Assembly: GCA_944331875.1 (NCBI GenBank)
Contig: CALVJA010000012.1
Span: forward strand, 638-64,637
Length of the DNA: 64,000 nucleotides
Direction: 5' to 3'
Source of the DNA: an uncultured Clostridia bacterium
GTDB lineage: Bacteria > Bacillota > Clostridia > Christensenellales > DTU072
A model generated the notes under the pieces. That model saw only the letters and a list, made by a program, of their open reading frames with translations, was not told where the DNA came from and did not search any database. The stretch's first letter is position 1. Each line of letters begins with the position of its first letter. Shown here piece by piece: positions 17,286 through 27,452 of the stretch. The translations under genes were made by a program, and so were the position numbers.

Positions 17286-19355
17286 TCAGTGCTTTTTGCC
17301 GGTAATACGTTCGTATTCCGCGCGCGGCACTTCCTGGTAGTGGCTCAGCTGCATCGTGTAATTGCCCCTGCCCTGAGTCGCCGAACGCAGCGTCGTCGCG
17401 TAACCGAACATCTCCGAAAGCGGCACGTCCGCGTCCACGACCTTTATGCCCTTTCTGTCCTCCATGCTCTTGATCGAGCCGCGGCGCGAGCTTATCGTAC
17501 CGAGAACGTCGCCGAGGTAATCGTCGGGGCAGGTGATCTCCACCGCCATGACGGGTTCGAGTATCGTGGCGCCCGCCTTTTGCGCCGCTTCCTTCAGCGC
17601 CATACTGGCGGCGATCTTGAACGCCATTTCCGAGGAGTCCACCTCGTGCGAGGAGCCGTCCACCAGCCTTACGCGGAAATCGACGAGCTCGTAGCCCGCG
17701 ACAACGCCCGCTTTCGCGGCGTCGCGGATGCCTTCTTCGACGGGTTTGATGAACTCTTTCGGTACCGATCCGCCCACGGTCTCGTCCACGAATTCTATGC
17801 CGGAACCGGGTTCCAGAGGCTCGATGTCGATGACGACGTGGCCGTACTGACCTTTACCGCCCGACTGGCGTATGAATTTGCCCTCGGCGTGCGCGGGATT
17901 TTTGATGGTCTCGCGGTATGCGACCTGCGGTTTGCCGACGTTGGCTTCCACCTTGAACTCCCTCAAAAGTCTGTCCACGATTATCTCGAGGTGCAATTCT
18001 CCCATTCCCGCGATGATGGTCTGTCCCGTTTCGCGGTCGGTATAGGTCTTGAAGCTGGGGTCCTCGTCGGAAAGTTTGGCTAAAGCGAGGCTCATCTTCT
18101 CCTGACCGAGTTTGGTCTTCGGTTCTATCGCTACTCGTATGACGGGGTCCGGAAACTCCATCTTTTCCAAAACGACGGGTTTGTTGAGGTCGCAGAGCGT
18201 GTCGCCGGTGGACACTTCCTTCAGCCCCACCAAAGCGATGATGTCGCCCGCGTACGCTTCCTCTATCTCCTTTCTGGAGTTTGCGTGCATACGCAGTATC
18301 CTGCCGATACGCTCGCGCTTTTCCTTTACCGAATTATAAACGGTCATGCCCGTTTTGATGATGCCGGAGTATATGCGGTAGAACGCGAGTTTTCCGACGA
18401 ACGGATCGACCATGATCTTGAACACCAGGCCCGAAAGCGGTTCGGAATCGGAGGGGTGCCTCAGCTCTTCCCTGCCGTGGTATTCCCCTTTTATCGCCGG
18501 AATATCCGTGGGCGCGGGCAGAATGTCGACTATAGCGTCCAGAAGTATCTGCACGCCCTTGTTGCGGTACGCGCTGCCGCAGATGACGGGGACGACCTTC
18601 ATCTGTACCGTCGCCTTCCTCAAAACCGTCAAAAGCTCTTCCGGGGTTATCTCTTTGCCGTCTAAATATTTATTGAGCAGTGCGTCGTCCTGTTCCGCGA
18701 CGGATTCCACCAGCTTTTGGCGGTATTCCGCGACGACCCCGGCATATTCTGCGGGGATATCCACGACGTCGTATTCCTTTCCGAGGTCGTCGTCGTGATA
18801 CATAAGCGCATGGTCGTGGATAAGGTCTATGATGCCGCGGAAAGAGTCCTCTGCGCCGATGGGCAAAGTAATTGGCACCGCATTCGCGCCGAGACGCTCG
18901 TGCATCATTTTGATGACGCGGTAAAAATCGGCGCCGTTTATATCCATTTTATTTACGAACGCGATCCTCGGAACGCCGTATCTGTCTGCCTGGCGCCATA
19001 CCGTTTCGGACTGCGGCTCGACGCCGCCTTTGGCGCAGAACACCGCCACGGCGCCGTCCAGGACTCTGAGGCTCCTCTCGACTTCGACGGCGAAATCGAT
19101 GTGCCCGGGGGTGTCGATAAGGTTTATGCAGCAATCGCGCCAATGCGTGGTGGTCGCGGCGGAGGTGATGGTTATGCCTCTCTCCTGCTCCTGCACCATC
19201 CAGTCCATCGTCGCGTCGCCCTCATGCACTTCGCCGAGTTTGTGCGTTTTTCCCGTATAGAAAAGTATACGCTCCGATGTCGTGGTCTTGCCGGCGTCGA
19301 TGTGCGCCATGATTCCGATATTTCTGATTTTTTCCAGCGGATACTCTCTTGGCAT
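17286..19355 (-). CDS. fusA: Elongation factor G
   Basis: 689 aa. [18 protein letters not shown] and NKMD motifs. Canonical position in the str operon. Confidence 0.98.
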   Translation of the reverse strand: MPREYPLEKIRNIGIMAHIDAGKTTTSERILFYTGKTHKLGEVHEGDATMDWMVQEQERGITITSAATTTHWRDCCINLIDTPGHIDFAVEVERSLRVLDGAVAVFCAKGGVEPQSETVWRQADRYGVPRIAFVNKMDINGADFYRVIKMMHERLGANAVPITLPIGAEDSFRGIIDLIHDHALMYHDDDLGKEYDVVDIPAEYAGVVAEYRQKLVESVAEQDDALLNKYLDGKEITPEELLTVLRKATVQMKVVPVICGSAYRNKGVQILLDAIVDILPAPTDIPAIKGEYHGREELRHPSDSEPLSGLVFKIMVDPFVGKLAFYRIYSGIIKTGMTVYNSVKEKRERIGRILRMHANSRKEIEEAYAGDIIALVGLKEVSTGDTLCDLNKPVVLEKMEFPDPVIRVAIEPKTKLGQEKMSLALAKLSDEDPSFKTYTDRETGQTIIAGMGELHLEIIVDRLLREFKVEANVGKPQVAYRETIKNPAHAEGKFIRQSGGKGQYGHVVIDIEPLEPGSGIEFVDETVGGSVPKEFIKPVEEGIRDAAKAGVVAGYELVDFRVRLVDGSSHEVDSSEMAFKIAASMALKEAAQKAGATILEPVMAVEITCPDDYLGDVLGTISSRRGSIKSMEDRKGIKVVDADVPLSEMFGYATTLRSATQGRGNYTMQLSHYQEVPRAEYERITGKKH

Positions 19356-19416
19356 TTACTTACTCCTGAATGATTTCAAACGTGTTGTTTCGATATAGAC
19401 CGAAAACAAACGGGCT

Positions 19417-19473
19417 AGAAAATGCCCAAAGGCAGGGTTTAGTTCGACCTAAATGACTGCTTTTGGGCGTTTA
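19417..19473 (+). repeat. Long-stem hairpin element, copy 1 (inside the rpsG-fusA spacer)
   Basis: 16-bp stem AAATGCCCAAAGGCAG/CTGCTTTTGGGCGTTT around the apical module GGTTTAGTTCGACCTAAATGA. Sibling copy at 39769-39826. Confidence 0.8.
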
Positions 19474-19572
19474 GACAAGCGAACGGGAAACTATATCTTC
19501 CCGGGCGCGACGTTTATCTCCGGCGCAAAACGGTACGCGCGTACCGTCCGGCTTACGGTATTTTTCGTCAGA

Positions 19573-20043
19573 TCACCAGCGGAAGTGCGCGAACGCTTTG
19601 TTCGCTTCCGCCATGCGGTGCGTGTCTTCCTTCTTTTTGATGGAGCCGCCCGTGTTGTTGTAAGCGTCCAAGATCTCTCCCGCAAGTCTTTCCGCCATCG
19701 TCCTCTCGCCGCGCTTTCTGGCGTAAAGCACCAGCCAGCGGATACCCAGGGTCTGTCTGCGGACGGGACGGATCTCGAGCGGTACCTGATAGTTCGCTCC
19801 GCCTACGCGGCGCGCTTTGACTTCGAGTACCGGCATGACGTTCTCGAGCGCTTTGAAAAACACTTCGTCGGGCGCGTTGCCCGTCTTTTTGTTGATGATG
19901 TCGAACGCGCTGTAGACTATTTTCTGAGCCGTGCCGAGCTTGCCGTCGTACATGACCTGGTTGGTAAGTTTCGTGATGACCTCGGAATTATATACGGGAT
20001 CCGGAAGTACGTTTCTTTTTGGAACTCCGCTTCTTCTAGGCAT
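19573..20043 (-). CDS. rpsG: 30S ribosomal protein S7
   Basis: 156 aa. [19 protein letters not shown]-terminus. str operon context. Confidence 0.97.
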   Translation of the reverse strand: MPRRSGVPKRNVLPDPVYNSEVITKLTNQVMYDGKLGTAQKIVYSAFDIINKKTGNAPDEVFFKALENVMPVLEVKARRVGGANYQVPLEIRPVRRQTLGIRWLVLYARKRGERTMAERLAGEILDAYNNTGGSIKKKEDTHRMAEANKAFAHFRW

Positions 20044-20081
20044 TTTTCAGTCCTCCTGTAGTTGATTGGCGGCGCGCCCCG

Positions 20082-20453
20082 TTATTTGGGGGTCTTTGCG
20101 CCATACTTGGATCTTGCCTGCTTGCGCTTTGCAACGCCCGCAGTGTCCAGCGTTCCGCGTATGATATGATAACGCACGCCGGGCAGATCCCTGACTCTTC
20201 CGCCTCTGATGAGCACGACGGAGTGCTCCTGCAGATTGTGGCCCTCGCCGGGAATGTAGATGGTTCCTTCCATTCCGTTTACGAGACGTACCCTTGCAAT
20301 CTTTCTGACCGCGGAATTAGGCTTTTTGGGAGTGGTCGTCGTGACCGAAAGGCAAACGCCCCTCTTTTGCGGGCAGCCGTCCATGATAGGAGTCAAGGAC
20401 TTTTTGGTCTGACGCTTCCTTCCCTGCCTGATGAGTTGGTTGGTAGTTGGCAT
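20082..20453 (-). CDS. rpsL: 30S ribosomal protein S12
   Basis: 123 aa. [20 protein letters not shown]. Confidence 0.97.
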   Translation of the reverse strand: MPTTNQLIRQGRKRQTKKSLTPIMDGCPQKRGVCLSVTTTTPKKPNSAVRKIARVRLVNGMEGTIYIPGEGHNLQEHSVVLIRGGRVRDLPGVRYHIIRGTLDTAGVAKRKQARSKYGAKTPK

Positions 20454-20514
20454 TATGGTCCTCCTTTTGTTCCGTCCGCTTTCAACCCAACAGCGAACCT
20501 TCTACAGTAAAACT

Positions 20515-20766
20515 TTACCCGATTATCCCTACCGCCGCCGACGCGACGTCGATGCCCGCTGCGCGCCCCAGTTCCTCCTTGGAAGGGACGAACACCGCCT
20601 CGACTCCCGCCAAACGGCATTGAGATACGAGTTCCAGCTTTATATGCTCCTCGGCGTCCTCGGCGATCAGCACACACCTTATCCGACCGTCGCGGAAACC
20701 GCGCATTATTTGTCTTGATCCGATAACCTTTTCCCGCGCCAGAAGCGCCTCGGCTTTACGGTCCAT
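20515..20766 (-). CDS. L7Ae-family ribosome-associated protein (YbxF/RplGB-like)
   Basis: 83 aa from ATG 20766, preceded by AGGAGAAATA. Lies upstream of rpsL as in Bacillus. The track start at 20808 lacks an SD. Confidence 0.75.
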   Translation of the reverse strand: MDRKAEALLAREKVIGSRQIMRGFRDGRIRCVLIAEDAEEHIKLELVSQCRLAGVEAVFVPSKEELGRAAGIDVASAAVGIIG

Positions 20767-20816
20767 TATTTCTCCTGCAACACAGAAATAAGCCTGCTGT
20801 CTCCGCAAGCTTTGTC

Positions 20817-20845
20817 ATTATATCAACCCGTATCCCCAAAGTCAA
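20817..20845 (-). promoter_or_regulatory. Sigma-A-type promoter of the str operon
   Basis: Minus strand TTGACT-17 nt-TATAAT. Confidence 0.65.
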
Positions 20846-20856
20846 GCATTTACCAT

Positions 20857-20999
20857 TGATTTTTTTGCCGAAAAGATGATAATTTAATGCTTTGACAGGA
20901 ACTTAAAAGCAATGCAATGAAAAATGGTGCATTCGACCGAATGCGCTTTTTTTCATAAGGTGAAAATATATTCGGCAAAAAAATCAATACCACCGCTTT
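20857..20999 (+). repeat. 143-bp MITE-like module, copy B
   Basis: 141/143 identical to 10768-10910, with the same TIRs, TTGACA box and hairpin/T-tract. Confidence 0.85.
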
Positions 21000-21632
21000 G
21001 CGCCTCTTTTCCGCCGTATCGCACGAAATTACTTAAAGCCTTTAATATCACCCCGTTTTGGAGACCAAAACGGGGCGCGGACGGCGCATAGTCCCGCTAT
21101 AGCGCCGCCCGCGTTTCTTGCGATACGACGCAAAATAGTCTGCAAATCGGTGCCGAGTATGCTTTCCAATGCGCCAAAATACACAGTGAACTAAACACTC
21201 TCAACGTAGCGAAAAAATACAAAGTGAACTATACACGCTCTACTTGGCAACAAAATACATAGTGGACTGCATTCTTCTTTCATGCAAAACACTAATGCAA
21301 GCAAACTGCTGTTCATGGCTAAAGCAAATCGGTGCCGAGTATGCTTTCCAATGCGCCAAAATACACAGTGAACTATACACGCTCTACTTGGCGACAAAAT
21401 ACACGCCTACAGCCGTAGATTTTCGGGGGATTTTTCGTGAACAAAATGGCGGCATACGATGTATGCCGATATTTTTTCGCGAAAAAGGACCGAAAAGATA
21501 CGGGGACTAAAGTATATAGTTGATATATGACTCTTCAATCTAACGACCGCAACAAAATTCGAAACTTTTTGCTTGAACGGGGGAGTGTATATCTTTTTGC
21601 TTGTGCGAGGATATAAAAGTGCGGTTCGAATT

Positions 21633-21768
21633 TTATTTCACAAATTGAAACTTTGCCCGCGAAGTTTCAATTTATTTCACAACGCGCGCCCATGGGGCGC
21701 GCGTTATTTCACAATTCCGCTTGCGGAATTATATCACCGTTTTTGCGGCGACAACGTCGCCGCAAAAA
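21633..21768 (+). repeat. TTATTTCACAA-punctuated hairpin array B
   Basis: Motif at 21633, 21672 and 21704, plus the TTATATCAC variant at 21729. Hairpins: ATTGAAACTT..AAGTTTCAAT; CGCGCGCCC-ATG-GGGCGCGCG; TTCCG-CTTG-CGGAA; GTTTTTGCGGCGA-CAAC-GTCGCCGCAAAAAC. Confidence 0.8.
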
Positions 21769-21769
21769 C

Positions 21770-22420
21770 TCACCCTCCCTGTTTTATCTTCGTGTCGAGT
21801 ACATGGCGGGCGGCGAGTTCTTTGAATACGTCTTTGGGTTCGATACCCATTTCCACCATCATGACCATGGCGTGGTAATAAAGGTCGGCAAGTTCGTATA
21901 TCGCCGCTTCCTTGTTCCCCGCTTTCCCTTCGATGATGACTTCGGTGGATTCCTCGCCCACTTTTTTCAGTATCTTGTCTATCCCCTTATTAAATAGGTA
22001 TGTGGTGTAGCTGCCTTCTTTCGGGGAAGTCTTTCTCCCCTTTATGAGTTCGTAAAGCCCTTCTATCGAAAAAGGCTTCATGTCCTTACCTACGAACAGC
22101 GTTCTGTAAAAACAGCTTTCGTTTCCCGTGTGGCAGGCGGGGCCGTCCTTTATGACCTCGGCTACGAGCGAGTCGCCGTCGCAGTCGAGGCGCATTTCGA
22201 CTACGTGCTGGAAGTTTCCGCTCGTTTCGCCCTTTGTCCAGAGCGTCTTCCTCGAGCGGGAATAAAGGCAGGTGACTCCCTTTTCGAGGGTCGCTTTCAG
22301 GCTTTCCTCGTTCATGTACGCGAGCATCAGCACCTGTTTCGAGTAGTAGTCCTGCACGACGCAGGGCACCAGCCCTTTTTCGTCGAATTTTACTTTGGAT
22401 AAAATATCTGCCGCTATCAT
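21770..22420 (-). CDS. hisIE: Bifunctional phosphoribosyl-AMP cyclohydrolase / phosphoribosyl-ATP pyrophosphatase
   Basis: 216 aa from ATG 22420, overlapping the hisF stop. LVPCVVQD and CHTGNESCF (HisI) plus a C-terminal HisE helical part. The track extension to 22606 runs inside hisF. Confidence 0.9.
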   Translation of the reverse strand: MIAADILSKVKFDEKGLVPCVVQDYYSKQVLMLAYMNEESLKATLEKGVTCLYSRSRKTLWTKGETSGNFQHVVEMRLDCDGDSLVAEVIKDGPACHTGNESCFYRTLFVGKDMKPFSIEGLYELIKGRKTSPKEGSYTTYLFNKGIDKILKKVGEESTEVIIEGKAGNKEAAIYELADLYYHAMVMMVEMGIEPKDVFKELAARHVLDTKIKQGG

Positions 22421-23175
22421 ATTCTTACCTCCACGCCCCGAGTGCGGAGCCTTTGCTTTATATCGGATATAGACACTTCGCCGAAGTGGAAAATGCTCGC
22501 CGCAAGCGCCGCGTCCACGCGGGGCACCTTGTCGAAAAGCTCCTCGAAGTGCTCTATCTTCCCCGCGCCGCCGGAAGCTACGACGGGCACGTCCACCGCG
22601 CTGCATACGGCGTCAAGCATCTCTATGTCGAAGCCGTCCTTGACGCCGTCGGTGTCGATGCTGTTCAACACTATCTCGCCCGCGCCGAGGCTTTGTCCCT
22701 TTTTCGCCCAGGAGACCGCCTCGAGCTCCGTTTCCTCCCTGCCGCCGCGCGCGAAAACTTTGAATATCCCGTTCACACGCTTTACGTCCATGGAAAGCAC
22801 CACGCACTGGTCGCCGTATTTTTTTGCCGCGGCGGTTATGACGGAGGGGTCGCGTATCGCGCCCGTATTGACGGACACCTTGTCCGCACCGCTTTTCAGC
22901 ACGCGGTCGAAGTCCTCGACGGTGTTTATGCCGCCGCCCACGGTAAGCGGGATGAATATCTCGCGCGCCACTTCGCTTAAAACCGACGTGAACAGTTTTC
23001 TTCCCTCGTTCGAGGCGGTGATGTCGTAAAATACAAGCTCGTCCGCGTTCTCCGCGTTGTATCTGCGGGCAAGCTCCACAGGGCTTTCGACGTCGCGGAT
23101 ACCGACGAAATTTTTGCCTTTGACCACTCTGCCGTCGCGCACGTCAAGACATGGTATTATACGTTTAGCTATCAT
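22417..23175 (-). CDS. hisF: Imidazole glycerol phosphate synthase cyclase subunit
   Basis: 252 aa. RIIPCLDVRDGRVVKG. his operon order. Confidence 0.95.
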   Translation of the reverse strand: MIAKRIIPCLDVRDGRVVKGKNFVGIRDVESPVELARRYNAENADELVFYDITASNEGRKLFTSVLSEVAREIFIPLTVGGGINTVEDFDRVLKSGADKVSVNTGAIRDPSVITAAAKKYGDQCVVLSMDVKRVNGIFKVFARGGREETELEAVSWAKKGQSLGAGEIVLNSIDTDGVKDGFDIEMLDAVCSAVDVPVVASGGAGKIEHFEELFDKVPRVDAALAASIFHFGEVSISDIKQRLRTRGVEVRI

Positions 23176-23893
23176 ATTCGTCTCCCGTTTTTACGGCTTC
23201 GGATACCGAAACGATGTTTTCGTAAATGGCTTTGCCGATTATCGCGCCGTATACGCCGGTATTGCGGAGTTTAACGACGTCGTCTAGCGAACCGACGCCG
23301 CCGGAGGCTATTATTCTCGCGGAGGAGATCCTCGCGAGCTCCGCGTACATATCCGCGTTTATACCTTGGAGCCGTCCGTCCCTGGAGATATCCGTATATA
23401 TCACCGTTTCGACGCCGATGTCGGAAAGTTTTTTGACGAACCCGAAGCCGTCCAGATCGCACTCCCGTTCCCAGCCGCGCGTTCTGACCTTGCCGTTCAG
23501 CGTATCGACCCCTACCGCAATTTTACCGCCGAAGCGCCTGACGGCGTCCCGCAAAAACTTTTCGTTTTCCGCGGCGGACGTGCCGAGTATGACGCGGTTT
23601 ACGCCGAGCGCAAGGTACGTTTCTATCCGTTTTTCGTCGCGGATGCCGCCGCCTACCTCTATATCGGGTATGCCCGCCGCCGCGACAATTTTACCTATAG
23701 CGGAAAAATTTACGTTCTCGCCGCTCCTCGCGCCGTCGAGGTCTACAATATGCAGGTGTCTCGCGCCCTCCGCACGGAAGCGCGCCGCTATTTCCTCGGG
23801 GCAGGCGGAGTAGACTTTTTTGGAGTCGAACGCGCCTTTCGTCAGACGCACCGCCTCGCCGTTCATTAGATCTATCGCCGGAAATATCTCCAT
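23165..23893 (-). CDS. hisA: ProFAR isomerase
   Basis: 242 aa. IFPAIDLMNGEAVRL. his operon order. Confidence 0.93.
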   Translation of the reverse strand: MEIFPAIDLMNGEAVRLTKGAFDSKKVYSACPEEIAARFRAEGARHLHIVDLDGARSGENVNFSAIGKIVAAAGIPDIEVGGGIRDEKRIETYLALGVNRVILGTSAAENEKFLRDAVRRFGGKIAVGVDTLNGKVRTRGWERECDLDGFGFVKKLSDIGVETVIYTDISRDGRLQGINADMYAELARISSARIIASGGVGSLDDVVKLRNTGVYGAIIGKAIYENIVSVSEAVKTGDEYDS

Positions 23894-23894
23894 A

Positions 23895-24500
23895 TCACAA
23901 CTTACCGAACGCGCGAAGTATCTTCAGCCCGTCGTTCCCGCTTTTTTCGGGGTGGAACTGGGTGCCGAACACGTTTTTTCCGTTCCACGTCACCCCGGAC
24001 ACTTCGGCGCCGTACTCCGAATACGCCGCTGTAGACGCGCCGCGCGGCACAAAGTATGAATGCACGTAGTACACGTATCCGCCGTCGGGGAAGTATTTCA
24101 GGATGGGGCACTCCTTTACCGCTTTCAGCGCGTTCCAGCCCATCGCGGGGACTTTGAGCCCCGAGGTGTGCGCCTTTAGCGGCTCCACCCTGCCGGGGAT
24201 GAGCCCCAAACCCTTGTGCCGCCCGTATTCCGAGCTTTCCTCGTGAAGCATCTGCATACCGAGGCATATGCCTAGAAAAGGTTTACCTTTTCCCGCTTCC
24301 GAAATCAGCACGTTTTCGAGCCCCTTGTCCCTTAGTTTGTCCATCGCGTCGCCGAAAGCGCCGACGCCGGGAAGGATTATCCTGTCCGCGGCGGCAATCA
24401 TCGCGGGATCGCCCGTGACGACGTTTCCGAGTCCCAGACTGTTCAGCGAAGCGGTCAGACTGAACAGATTCCCTACACCGTAATCGACTACCGCAATCAT
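23895..24500 (-). CDS. hisH: Imidazole glycerol phosphate synthase glutaminase subunit
   Basis: 201 aa. MIAVVDYGVGNLFS, GICLGMQ (catalytic Cys). Confidence 0.95.
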   Translation of the reverse strand: MIAVVDYGVGNLFSLTASLNSLGLGNVVTGDPAMIAAADRIILPGVGAFGDAMDKLRDKGLENVLISEAGKGKPFLGICLGMQMLHEESSEYGRHKGLGLIPGRVEPLKAHTSGLKVPAMGWNALKAVKECPILKYFPDGGYVYYVHSYFVPRGASTAAYSEYGAEVSGVTWNGKNVFGTQFHPEKSGNDGLKILRAFGKL

Positions 24501-25117
24501 AACACTCCTTTTGTGGACGGCACCGCGCCCGCGTTCGCGGGATCTATTTTTATCGCCTCGCCGAGCGCCTTGCCGAAGCCTTTGAATACGGCCTCGATGA
24601 TGTGGTGCGTGTTTTTACCGCATATCTTTTTGATGTGCAACGTGACGCCCGCGCTTCTCGTAAACGCGGTGAAAAATTCCTCCACGAGCTCGGTGTCGAA
24701 TACGCCTACCTTTGCAGCGGTGAGCGCGCCGTCGTCGTTTAGGCGCGAGGCTCTGAGTTCGACGTCATAGCTTAGATACGCTCTGCCGGAAATGTCCAAA
24801 GCCACCATCACCAGCGCTTCGTCCATCGGCATTATGCGCTGACCGTAACGGTTGATCCCCTTTTTGTCGCCGAGCGCCTCTTTGAATGCTTCCCCCATCG
24901 CTATACCGATGTCCTCGGCGCTGTGGTGGAAGTCTACCCACGTGTCGCCGGAGCATTTGACTTTTAGGGATATGCCCGCAAAGGACGCAAAAAGCGTCAG
25001 CATATGGTCGAAAAATCCGGAGCCGGAATCTATCTCGGGCTCCCGGGATACATCGAGCTCTAATTTTACCTCGACGTCCGTTTCCTTCGTCTTTCTCGTT
25101 ATGTTTGCTACTCTCAT
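24497..25117 (-). CDS. hisB: Imidazoleglycerol-phosphate dehydratase
   Basis: 206 aa. GFFDHMLTLF and HHSAEDIGIA-type blocks. Confidence 0.93.
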   Translation of the reverse strand: MRVANITRKTKETDVEVKLELDVSREPEIDSGSGFFDHMLTLFASFAGISLKVKCSGDTWVDFHHSAEDIGIAMGEAFKEALGDKKGINRYGQRIMPMDEALVMVALDISGRAYLSYDVELRASRLNDDGALTAAKVGVFDTELVEEFFTAFTRSAGVTLHIKKICGKNTHHIIEAVFKGFGKALGEAIKIDPANAGAVPSTKGVL

Positions 25118-26181
25118 TTTCGGACTCCCGAAAGTATTTTTTCAAGTACCTTTATAAAGGTTTTCATTTCATCCATGCTCCCTATCGTCACGCGTATGTA
25201 CGGCGACAAAAGCGCGGGAGAGGAGAAGTGCCTAACGATTATCTTTTCGTCGTAGAGGCGGTTTTTGAGTTCGCCGCCGTCGATATCTTCGGAGCTCATC
25301 AGTAAAAAATTCGCTTTCCCGCGTATGACGCGCAAACCGAGCGCCTCCGCCCTTCGCAAGGTGTATTCGCGCGCCTCGATGATTTTTTCGCGGCAGGTAT
25401 CGAAATATTCCTTGTCCTCGAGTGCGCCCGTCGCCGCAGCCTCCGCCGCGCGCCCGAGGTTATAGGGATTGAAGGAATACTTCACGAGTTTCAGATCGGC
25501 GACGATATCCTCCGCCGCTATTACGAAACCGATCCTTGCGCCCGCAAGCGAGCGTGACTTGGAGAACGTGCGCACGACTACGATATTCGGGTACTTCCGT
25601 ATGAGCGCCACCGCGCTCTCCGCGCCGAAATCGACATATGCTTCGTCGACTACGACGAGGCGCGAACGCTTTCTCGCTATCTTCTCGATATCGGATATCG
25701 GCATGAACGTGCCCGTCTGCGCGTTCGGATTGGCGAAGATGACGTTTAGGTCGCACTTAGCGAACGCTTCCGCATCAACCGAAAGGTCCTCTTTCAGCGG
25801 GTATGTGACTATATCCGCGCCCACCAGCCGCGAGAACACGGGATAAAAACCGTAGCTCACCTCGGGCGCGGCGAAGGGCTTCCCCTTTTCGGCGTACGCC
25901 ATATATATGAACGCCAAAGCTTCGTCGGAGCCGTTGGTGACCAGGACGTTTTCGCGTTTCAAACCGAATTCCTCGGCTATCGCCCCCGTCAGCGTACCGT
26001 TTTCGGGGTCGTTGTACAGGTTCAGTTTATCGAACGCCCGCATATACCTTTCGCGCGCCTTTTCGGAGGGCGGGAAGGGAGATTCGTTCGTGTTCAATTT
26101 GATATAACCCGCTTCCTTCGGCTGTTCGCCCGGTACGTAAGGGGAGATACCGCGGTATTTTTCAAGCAAAAACCCACTCAT
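25114..26181 (-). CDS. hisC: Histidinol-phosphate aminotransferase
   Basis: 355 aa. Class II aminotransferase with the PLP-Lys block RTFSKSRSLAGARIG. Confidence 0.9.
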   Translation of the reverse strand: MSGFLLEKYRGISPYVPGEQPKEAGYIKLNTNESPFPPSEKARERYMRAFDKLNLYNDPENGTLTGAIAEEFGLKRENVLVTNGSDEALAFIYMAYAEKGKPFAAPEVSYGFYPVFSRLVGADIVTYPLKEDLSVDAEAFAKCDLNVIFANPNAQTGTFMPISDIEKIARKRSRLVVVDEAYVDFGAESAVALIRKYPNIVVVRTFSKSRSLAGARIGFVIAAEDIVADLKLVKYSFNPYNLGRAAEAAATGALEDKEYFDTCREKIIEAREYTLRRAEALGLRVIRGKANFLLMSSEDIDGGELKNRLYDEKIIVRHFSSPALLSPYIRVTIGSMDEMKTFIKVLEKILSGVRK

Positions 26182-27452
26182 TTCGATCTCCTTGCCATTA
26201 CCGACGCCGCGTGCGCGTCGAGCCCTTCCGACGCGGCAAACGCGGCGATGTCGTCGGCGTAGGCGTCGATACTTTCGGGGGTGAAACGGATGTACTGCGT
26301 CTTTTTTATGAAATCGTCCACGCCGAGTGCCGACGAAAAGCGCGCGGTGCCGCCCGTAGGAAGCGTGTGGTTCGCGCCCGCCATATAGTCGCCCGTCGCC
26401 TCCGGGGTGTAATATCCCAAAAACACCGATCCGGCGTTTCTGACGTACGGCAGCAGTTCGTCCGCGTTCGCCGCGGCAAGTTCGAGGTGCTCGGGCGCGA
26501 GTTCGTTCGAAAGCTCCACCGCCTCGCGGATACTTTCCGTCAAAACTATCTTTCCGTTCCTTTCAAGGGACGCAGACGCTATTTCGCGCCTCGGCAGCGT
26601 TTTAATGCGATTATCTATCGCTTCGCTCACCTTTTCGGCAAACGCCCTGTCGTCCGTTATAAGGATGGCGGTAGCCATTTTGTCGTGCTCCGCCTGCGAT
26701 AATAGGTCCGCCGCGATCCAGTCGGGATCGGCGCCGCCGTCGGCGACGACGAGTATCTCGCTGGGGCCCGCTATCATGTCTATCCCGACTTCGCCCTGTA
26801 CCAGCTTTTTCGCGGTGGCGACATAGACGTTGCCGGGACCCGTTATTTTATCGACCTTGGGTACGGATTCGGTGCCGTATGCAAGCGCCGCCACTGCCTG
26901 CGCGCCCCCCGTTTTGTATATCGCGGTGACTCCCGCGACCCTTGCCGCCGCCAGAATGTTGTCGGGAATGCTGCCGTCCGAGGCGGGCGGCGTGGTCATC
27001 ACGATATTTTTTACGCCCGCGATACGCGCGGGTATCGCGTTCATCAGAACGCTCGAAGGATACCTCGCGGTGCCGCCGGGAACGTATATCCCCGCGCTCT
27101 CGAGCGGCAGAAAGAGCTGTCCCGCCGTGATACCGTCGTATTTAAGTTCGAAATCGCTCCTGAGCTCTGCCCTGTGGTAGCGCTCGATATTGTCCGCCGC
27201 GCGCTCGAGTATCCTTATATAATCCGCGCCCACCCTTTCCATGGCGCGGGAGATCTCCTCCTCGCTTACTTTGAGGGCGGGTATTTCGGCTTTGTCGAAG
27301 CGGCGCGCGTAATCGATGAGCGCCTCGTCGCCGCGCGCGCGTACGTCCGCTATTATAGCCTTTACAGTCTCCTCGACGTCGGCGTAATCGGCGTTTCTAG
27401 CCGAAACGAGCTCTTTTGCCGTTATGTCCTTTGCGTATACGATCTTAGGCAT
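26178..27452 (-). CDS. hisD: Histidinol dehydrogenase
   Basis: 424 aa. LLSQAEHD block. his operon order. Confidence 0.93.
   Translation of the reverse strand: MPKIVYAKDITAKELVSARNADYADVEETVKAIIADVRARGDEALIDYARRFDKAEIPALKVSEEEISRAMERVGADYIRILERAADNIERYHRAELRSDFELKYDGITAGQLFLPLESAGIYVPGGTARYPSSVLMNAIPARIAGVKNIVMTTPPASDGSIPDNILAAARVAGVTAIYKTGGAQAVAALAYGTESVPKVDKITGPGNVYVATAKKLVQGEVGIDMIAGPSEILVVADGGADPDWIAADLLSQAEHDKMATAILITDDRAFAEKVSEAIDNRIKTLPRREIASASLERNGKIVLTESIREAVELSNELAPEHLELAAANADELLPYVRNAGSVFLGYYTPEATGDYMAGANHTLPTGGTARFSSALGVDDFIKKTQYIRFTPESIDAYADDIAAFAASEGLDAHAASVMARRSK

Larger units (their letters stand above)
20857..21769 (+). repeat. Mosaic hairpin-rich non-coding region B (~0.9 kb)
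   Basis: Colinear with region A. Contains a perfect 52-bp internal duplication (21142-21193 and 21314-21365) and a second ~36-bp duplication (21214-21249 / 21358-21393). Confidence 0.8.

Noticed and set aside
21618-21632. GGTTCGAAT, a T-loop-like tRNA motif
   Set aside because: No acceptor, D or anticodon arm can be drawn from the flanking sequence. It is simply part of the AT-rich linker before the motif array.
22421-22606. 5' extensions of track ORFs for hisIE (to 22606), pyrE (to 30803), the ABC permease (to 47573), the ROK kinase (to 52024), the lipid kinase (from 9844), rubrerythrin (from 49760), the amidohydrolase (from 55937) and the L7Ae-family gene (to 20808)
   Set aside because: The extensions overlap the upstream gene or its intergenic promoter, lack an SD, and translate to Arg-rich non-homologous sequence. 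The internal ATG or GTG starts have an SD or ATGA-type coupling and yield canonical N-termini.
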